Source: Octopus vulgaris (lineage: Eukaryota). Taken from it: a stretch of DNA of 64,000 bases. Shown here piece by piece: positions 55,331 through 64,000 of this stretch (the first letter of the stretch is position 1; every line of letters starts with the position of its first letter). The notes under the pieces are model-generated. The model was not told the origin of the DNA. It did not search any database and saw nothing but the letters and a program-made list of their open reading frames with translations. A program made the position numbers and the translations under genes. Location of the stretch: contig OX597842.1 of assembly GCA_951406725.2 (NCBI GenBank), positions 31,248,001 through 31,312,000 on the forward strand, in the 5' to 3' direction.

Positions 55331-55705
55331 CAGATGTGGATTATCCATCACAGATTAATGTTGAGATTAATGCCTGAGGATGCTGATGATGGTGGAAGAG
55401 AGAGATTTACTGGTCCCTGGTTGGTCATTGTGTTTTAACTGAATACACTGTAGCAGTGGTTGAGTGCCTTGCTCAAGGACACAATGCATTAGCCAGGCCC
55501 ATGTTGTGCTGAAATCATCATCTCTACTGTCTTAATCTTTTATCTATTACTTGATTCAGTCATTAGACTGTGGCCATACTGGAGCAGCACCACATTGAAA
55601 ACTTTTAGTCAAATGAATCAAATCTGGTAATTATCATTTTCTTTAAGCTTGGTATTTATTCTATTGGTCTCTTTTGCTGAACTGCTAAGTTGTGAGAATT
55701 TAAAC

Positions 55706-55906
55706 CAGTCGTTTTCAACCAGGGTTCCGCCAGTACAGTCCAGGGGTTCTGCAAGAAGTTACAAAACTGCTAAAATCGGCAGTAATTTTTTATTCTCCTG
55801 TGCAGATATGTGTGCATAAGACTATTAAATTATTGCACAGGGGTTCCTCGAGCCAGTGGAATGTTTCCTTGGGGTTCCGCTCCAGCAAATAGTTTGAAAA
55901 GCACTT
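55706..55906. mobile_element. hAT-type MITE with 8-bp TSD
   Basis: Inverted copy of 10334-10534; TSD atttaaac at 55698-55705 and 55907-55914. Confidence 0.93.
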
Positions 55907-56388
55907 ATTTAAACGAACCAAAATTAACGAAGAATGGTCCTCGTCTAAAGCAATTTGTTGGATCAGTTGTAGAAATGTCAGAAAATTTAGTGTAGCAATG
56001 GAAATTGGTAAAAAATGAGATTTTGAGCAAATTATTACTGGTGAGTGTGAAAAACTAAAAAAAAAAACACGTAACTTTTGATGGCTTCATTAGGACATGA
56101 TGAAGAATGTCGTTAGCTCAATATTAATTTATGAGGTTTGAAGTTGTAGGGTACGATGGGAGATTACGAGGTTTTTAGAGCTAAACATTCATCTCAAAGG
56201 AGACAAGAGGACATGTTATTTGGAGAAAAACCATTAACAATGTTCATTAAATCATTAGTCATAACGAAGTAAAGAAAAACTAATTAGTTAAGGTCAATTA
56301 GAAGTTTCACTCAGAGATGTGTCAAATGTTCACCGTCGTTTTATGGTAAAAGATGAAAAAGAGAACAGAATATGTGAAGACTACAAAA

Positions 56389-57104
56389 TCTACCCCAGTA
56401 TATCACTGCTACTTTATTTTATCCACCCCACAACAATGAAAGGTAAAGTTAGTGTTAGTCTTCTATTATAATTCCATTGACATCTTGGATGTTTTATAGG
56501 AATATTAGATCTACCCCAGTATATCACTGCTACTTTATTTTATCAACCCCACAACAATGAAAGGTAAAGTTAGTGTTAGTCTTCTATTATAATTCCATTG
56601 ACATCTTGGATGTTTTATAGGAATATTAGATCTACCCCAGTATATCACTGCTACTTTATTTTATCAACCCCACAACAATGAAAGGTAAAGTTAGTGTTAG
56701 TCTTCTATTATAATTCCATTGACATCTTGGATGTTTTATAGGAATATTAGATCTACCCCAGTATATCACTGCTACTTTATTTTATCCACCCCACAACAAT
56801 GAAAGGTAAAGTTAGTGTTAGTCTTCTATTATAATTCCATTGACATCTTGGATGTTTTATAGGAATATTAGATCTACCCCAGTATATCACTGCTACTTTA
56901 TTTTATCAACCCCACAACAATGAAAGGTAAAGTTAGTGTTAGTCTTCTATTATAATTCCATTGACATCTTGGATGTTTTATAGGAATATTAGATCTACCC
57001 CAGTATATCACTGCTACTTTATTTTATCCACCCCACAACAATGAAAGGTAAAGTTAGTGTTAGTCTTCTATTATAATTCCATTGACATCTTGGATGTTTT
57101 ATAG
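56389..57104. repeat. 121-bp minisatellite (~5.9 near-identical copies)
   Basis: The taccccagta anchor recurs at 56391, 56512, 56633, 56754, 56875 and 56996. Confidence 0.97.
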
Positions 57105-57767
57105 TGTGTATGTGTGTGTGTGTCTTCTCATCTCATTTGTGTAGTTGTTGTAAATGAAGATCATTTGTTTCCAGTCTTCCACAAAAACATGTCCAGCCAT
57201 GGTACAGGGGACGGAAATATTACCTCCCTTGGAAAGAGGCAAGGGTTTGTGACAGGAAAAGCATCCAGCTGTAAAAGCATCCACCTCAACACAAACCTCT
57301 TCTGACCTCTCTTCTACAAACACGGAAACATGAACACTGAAATGCCGAAGATGACGATGCAATGTCGGATAACAACCGGAATATCAAACAACGGAACCGA
57401 TCGGATCCAAAATACAACATTTTATGACTTGTTCACCAATTTGTAATTCCTTTTCTTCAAAGATTAAGGTCCATTTGACATTGCTTTCACCTGTCAAAAC
57501 CTTAAACAATTCTTGATTGCTCCGTATTGCAAGGTAGACGCAACGGTCGATGCTAATTTTCCATCGAATAATAAACTAGAAAGCGGGAATTGCTGGTCAA
57601 ATGGCTTTCAATTAATTAAAACGGACGTTTTGTCCTGGGGAATTCTTTGTTGAAGTGGTAGCAATTATCCCGACATTGTGAATGATGTTAGAGATCCGTC
57701 GTCAGATGTGAAGGTCTTTAGATTAATAGGATTCCTGCTGGTTGGGAAATAGATTTACATACGCACA

Positions 57768-57931
57768 TGCAGAGGTGGCTCTTGTGGTGGTATAGAAGTT
57801 TACATGGCAACCACGGGGTCCAGGGTTCAGTCCCGTTGTGCAGCACTTTGATTAAGTGACTTCCACTGTGGCTTTGAGCTGATCAAAATTTATGAGTGCG
57901 TTTGGTAGACGGAAACAGAAAGAAGCCCGTC
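57768..57931 (+). mobile_element. SINE family A head, highly diverged
   Basis: gggttcagtccc...tttggtagacggaaacagaaagaagcccgtc. Confidence 0.65.
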
Positions 57932-57952
57932 ACACACACACATATACATACT

Positions 57953-58036
<84 letters not shown>

Positions 58037-58171
58037 ACAAATTACTATAAATGAATTGATTACATCGCAATCATTAACATTTATGTATTAACTTCCTTGG
58101 GTACTTCACTAGCAGTATATTGGATATATGTTATCCCATGGAGGGTTGCATTTACAACCCCTATCTCAATT

Positions 58172-59420
<1,249 letters not shown>

Positions 59421-59987
59421 ATATATGAGGTTATATATGTATGCTTATATGTGCAGTTGGTGTAAAATTACATGAATAAATATAATGACATCAATGTGCA
59501 CTAACAGTCACATATAACGTGTATACACACACACACACACATATGTACAGATATATACATATATATATATATGTCTATCTACACGTGTATGTATGTATAA
59601 CGAGAACTATACATCATTGCTATATGTCAGATCCAGTTGGATGTTTAACATAATTCTGTTTTTCACGCTCGGCCGTCCTTATAAATATATTCAATACTTC
59701 AGTAGACAACTATGTGCTGTGTGTATATATATATATATATGGATAGAATTATACATCCATGTAATGAACATGCATCTCATATACAACAATTTTTACATCC
59801 GACATACATGTGTTTGTGTGTTCATGTGTGTATGTACAGATATGTATGTAAACACCCACATATGTATATATATATATATACATACATATGTATGTGTTTT
59901 GTGTATGTGTATATATCTATGTATATATATGTGTAGATAAAATTATATATACATGTATAGTGAACACACTTCTCATACAACAGTTCT

Positions 59988-60023
<36 letters not shown>

Positions 60024-60077
60024 CTTGTATCTGAGTGTATGTAGTCATGCATATAGTTTGTATTTGTACATACATGC

Positions 60078-60160
<83 letters not shown>

Positions 60161-60184
60161 TACATATACACATTCACACACACA

Positions 60185-60229
<45 letters not shown>

Positions 60230-60291
60230 GTATATACATACATTCGTACATACATACATATATATATGTATGTACGAATGTATGTATATAC

Positions 60292-60330
<39 letters not shown>

Positions 60331-60562
60331 CATGTGTATATAGATATATACATATGTATGTATGTATATGACAAAATGTGTATAATAGATGGAGACCGTA
60401 AGTGCTTCAACCGTTGCAGATAACGAAAATTGAATGTCAAACGAAGGGAGACAGAATTCAAGCAAATAATAGTTGGTTGGGTGTAGAAAATGTATCGGTT
60501 GAGCAATATATATACACATTTATATATAAGCATCTATACATACATACATACATATATATATG

Positions 60563-60593
<31 letters not shown>

Positions 60594-60596
60594 ATG

Positions 60597-60637
<41 letters not shown>

Positions 60638-60989
60638 GTACATATATTATTATATAATTATATTTATCGTATATAAGCACGCATGTATGTATATTATTAT
60701 TATGACTAGCATCATTATGATTTAGTGCTGACTCTGCTGCACTTGACATGTGATGGTTTGTGTTTTTTTGGGGCAAGGTTTCTACAGCTGGATGCCCTTA
60801 CTGTCACCAACCCTCACCTGTCTTCAAAGGAGGTAATAAATATTACCCCATGGCCTCAACACCCCGCTTGTGTGATGGTGATGCTTGTTTACATCCATCA
60901 CATATCATCAGACACGAGGTACACACACACACACACAAACACGTGCATCCATAGATGAATATATATACACACATATATATATATATGTG

Positions 60990-61029
<40 letters not shown>

Positions 61030-61032
<3 letters not shown>

Positions 61033-61290
61033 ATATTAAGGAGTAAATCCAGACTTACAGGGAAAAATTAGATTTAGGATTAAATCTAATTTTATAGTAT
61101 AAATATATATATATATTAAATTAGAGATAAAACCACTATTAGGCAAATCAAACAGTGAAAAACATAAACCAAAACATAGAAATAAAATTAATTTAAAAAA
61201 ATATAAAATATAAAATATAAAAAATATAAAATTCCAAATTAAAATATTTAAATTAAAGTTTTTTATATTTTTTTTAATATTTTATATATA
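61030..61290. mobile_element. copy of the AT-rich foldback/pLTR-like family (cf. 10570-10845)
   Basis: acttacagggaaaaattagatttag...attagagataaaaccactattaggcaaatcaaaca. Confidence 0.7.
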
Positions 61291-61309
61291 TACATATATA
61301 TATACATAT

Positions 61310-61600
61310 GATCGTTACCAACGTCGCTTCACTGGCACCTGTGCCGGTGGCATGTGTAAAAAGATTCAAGCGAGGTCATTACCTTTACCGCATGACTGAC
61401 CCTCACGCCGGTGGCATTTAAAAGCACTCACTACACTCTCGGAGTGGTCGGTGTTAGGAAGGGCATCCAGTTGTAGAAACTCTGCCAGATCAAGACTGGA
61501 GACTGGTGCAGCCATCTGGTTCGCCAGACCTCAGTCAAAACCGTCCAACCCATGCTAGCAAGGAAAACAGACGTTAAACGATGATGATGATATAGATACG

Positions 61601-61648
<48 letters not shown>

Positions 61649-61860
61649 ATATATATATATATACACATATATATAAAAGCACCCACTACACTCTCGGAGT
61701 GGTTGGCGTTAGGAAGGGCATCCAGCTGTAGAAACTCTGCCAGATCAGATTGGAGACTGGTGTAGCCATCTGGTTCGCCAGCTCTCAGTCAAAATCGTCC
61801 AACCCATGCTAACATGGAAAGCAGATGCTAAACAATGATGATGATGATGATGATGATGAT
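61310..61860 (+). mobile_element. two RTE LINE 3' UTR fragments with (GAT)n tails
   Basis: 61310-61590 and 61676-61860. Confidence 0.8.
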
Positions 61861-61866
61861 ATATAC

Positions 61867-61899
<33 letters not shown>

Positions 61900-62606
61900 G
61901 GAGTAAACACATAAATGTGAAACAAGGTGGAAAAAAGAGTACTCAAATACCAGAGGTAGAGTAATTTGCTTTATTTAAATAAAGTATATATATATATTAA
62001 TACTTACATATAAGACATATTTATTTATATATAATGCATTGTTTCAATTTGTGTTGTTGTGGAAACAAAAGTCTGACGTGGATTAAAATAGGGAGGAATG
62101 CAGTGGGACAGACACACAATGAAACAAACAAAACAATCCAAAGACCCAGTATTTTTGGTAAAGTTTTATTGACACAAAGGAAGTAATTTAAGTTATTTCA
62201 CTGTCATATGATGGCGGAAGGGATGTGTGGTGTTGTTGTTGTTGTTGTTGCTGTGGTTGATATTAGTAGTGGTGGTGGTGGTGGTGGCGGTGGTGGTGAT
62301 GCTGATAGTGTTGTAATTGTTTGTGGTGGTGGTGGTGGGGGTGATGTCAATGTGGTTGTTACTATTGTTGGTCTTTCTCATACAAGAGAAAAACACAACA
62401 CACAAACAACACACACACACACACACACATCATGCAGTGGGTGGCACAAAGCTAATTTGGGTGCTTCTAGTTCAGGGTGGCGCAGACAGTGACCAGATAA
62501 CTGCAGTTGTGTTTGCTGGATCTTTCCGCTAACTTCCGGAAGGTCTCTCCATAAAGGCATTCTTTTGTCATATATATATATTAATATCTATCTATCTATC
62601 TATCTA

Positions 62607-62641
<35 letters not shown>

Positions 62642-62644
<3 letters not shown>

Positions 62645-62915
62645 AGTGCCCGTGGCACGTAAGAGAACCATCCGAACGTAGCCGTTGCCAGCGCCGCCCC
62701 GACTGGCCTCGTGCCGGTGGCACGTAAAAAGCACCATCTGTTCATGGCCGTTGCCAGCCTCACCTGGCCCCCGTGTCGGTAGCACCTAAAAGCACCATCC
62801 GATCGTGGCCGTTTGCTAGCCTCGTCTGGCACATAAAAAGCACCCACTACACTCACGAAGTGGTTGGCGTTAGGAAGGGCATCCAGCTGTAGAAACACTG
62901 CCAGATCTGACTGGA
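62642..62915 (+). mobile_element. RTE LINE 3' UTR fragment with tandem units
   Basis: ggtggcacgtaaaaagcacc units followed by gttaggaagggcatccagc. Confidence 0.8.
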
Positions 62916-63299
62916 TCAGGACTGACCTGGGGCTAAACAACACCTATAGCCACTAATACTAACTACTATACTAAACATTAGATAATGTAGTCCTAGATAC
63001 ACTATGCCTGAATAAAAGATGGGATGGTCACAGCTGGAATCTTTTTACACATGCCACAGGCACAGGTCCCAGTAAGGTGACGTTGGTAACAATCACACTC
63101 GAATGGTGCCCTTTTACGTGCCACGGCACGGGGGCCAGTTAGGTGTTACTGGCAATGATGTTCTGTCTGGATCAGGACTGACCTAGGGCTAAATAACCCC
63201 TCTCTATCCACCCATCCAAACCTCACCTTCTTCCTTCCTTCACCATCCTGGGAATCCGTTCTACTAATTGGTCCCACAGCAATGGTTTCTCATCAGGTA

Positions 63300-63730
63300 C
63301 ATCAACACCACCACCACCACCACCATCACCATTACCACCACCACCACCATTACCATCACCACCACCACCACCACCACCACCACCACAACCATCACCACCA
63401 CCACCACCATCATCACCAATACCACCATCACCACCACCCTCACCATCACCACCACCACAACCATCACCACCACAACCATCACCACCACCACCATCACAAC
63501 AACCACCACCACAACCACCACCACCACCATCACCACAACCACCACCACAACCAGCAACACCACCACCACCAACACCACCACCCTCACCACCACCATCACC
63601 ACCACCACCACCACAACCATCATCAACACCACCACCACCACCGCCACAACCATCATCAACACCACCATCGCCATCACCTTTACTACCAACATCATAATCA
63701 TTCTCACAACCACCACCACCATTGCCACCC
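63300..63730. repeat. (ACC/ATC)n trinucleotide repeat
   Basis: Direct observation. Confidence 0.95.
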
Positions 63731-64000
63731 AGTTTGTCCCTGGATTTTGATTTAAGCTCTCCCCCATCCCTACCCCCTACTTTGGTACTCTAAATAACAC
63801 CCCCCAACCACCCCTGCCAGGAACCATTCAGCTGACCATAGATGGAATGTAGGGATGAATGGAACAGAATGGAAGTGATGGGGGGGAGGTTTACGCGGTG
63901 GGGGGAGGAGGGGTAGATGGGGCAGTGGCGTAGACAGGGTGGGGAATTGGGTGGTGCAGGTGTGAAGGGTTGGCGGTGGTGGTGGTGATGAGTGGGGACA

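Noticed and set aside
56389-57104. CRISPR-like regular array
   Set aside because: Whole units are near-identical with no unique spacers, there are no cas genes, and the context is eukaryotic.

Overview
Eukaryotic, extremely repeat-rich non-coding DNA. It is most likely octopus (coleoid cephalopod) intergenic or intronic sequence; this is an inference from the tRNA-derived SINE families and the massive (TA)n/(CA)n/(ATCT)n content. No host protein-coding exon can be supported, and nearly all long ORFs in the track are microsatellite artefacts. The window holds: about 20 copies of one tRNA-headed SINE (family A) plus three other SINE families; 5'-truncated LINE ends (CR1/L2-type and RTE-type); decayed mariner and DD37D (maT) transposase fragments; hAT, Tc1/mariner and piggyBac-type MITEs; and several minisatellites built from TE fragments. 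Highlights: (1) a full-length U6 snRNA retrocopy fused directly to the ~60-nt SINE/LINE 3' tail module; (2) at least five Penelope-type minimal hammerhead ribozyme motifs; (3) a palindromic hammerhead-like foldback retroelement with a 12-bp target-site duplication; (4) SINE-LINE tail partnerships and tail swapping visible within the window. Coordinates of decayed repeats are approximate.
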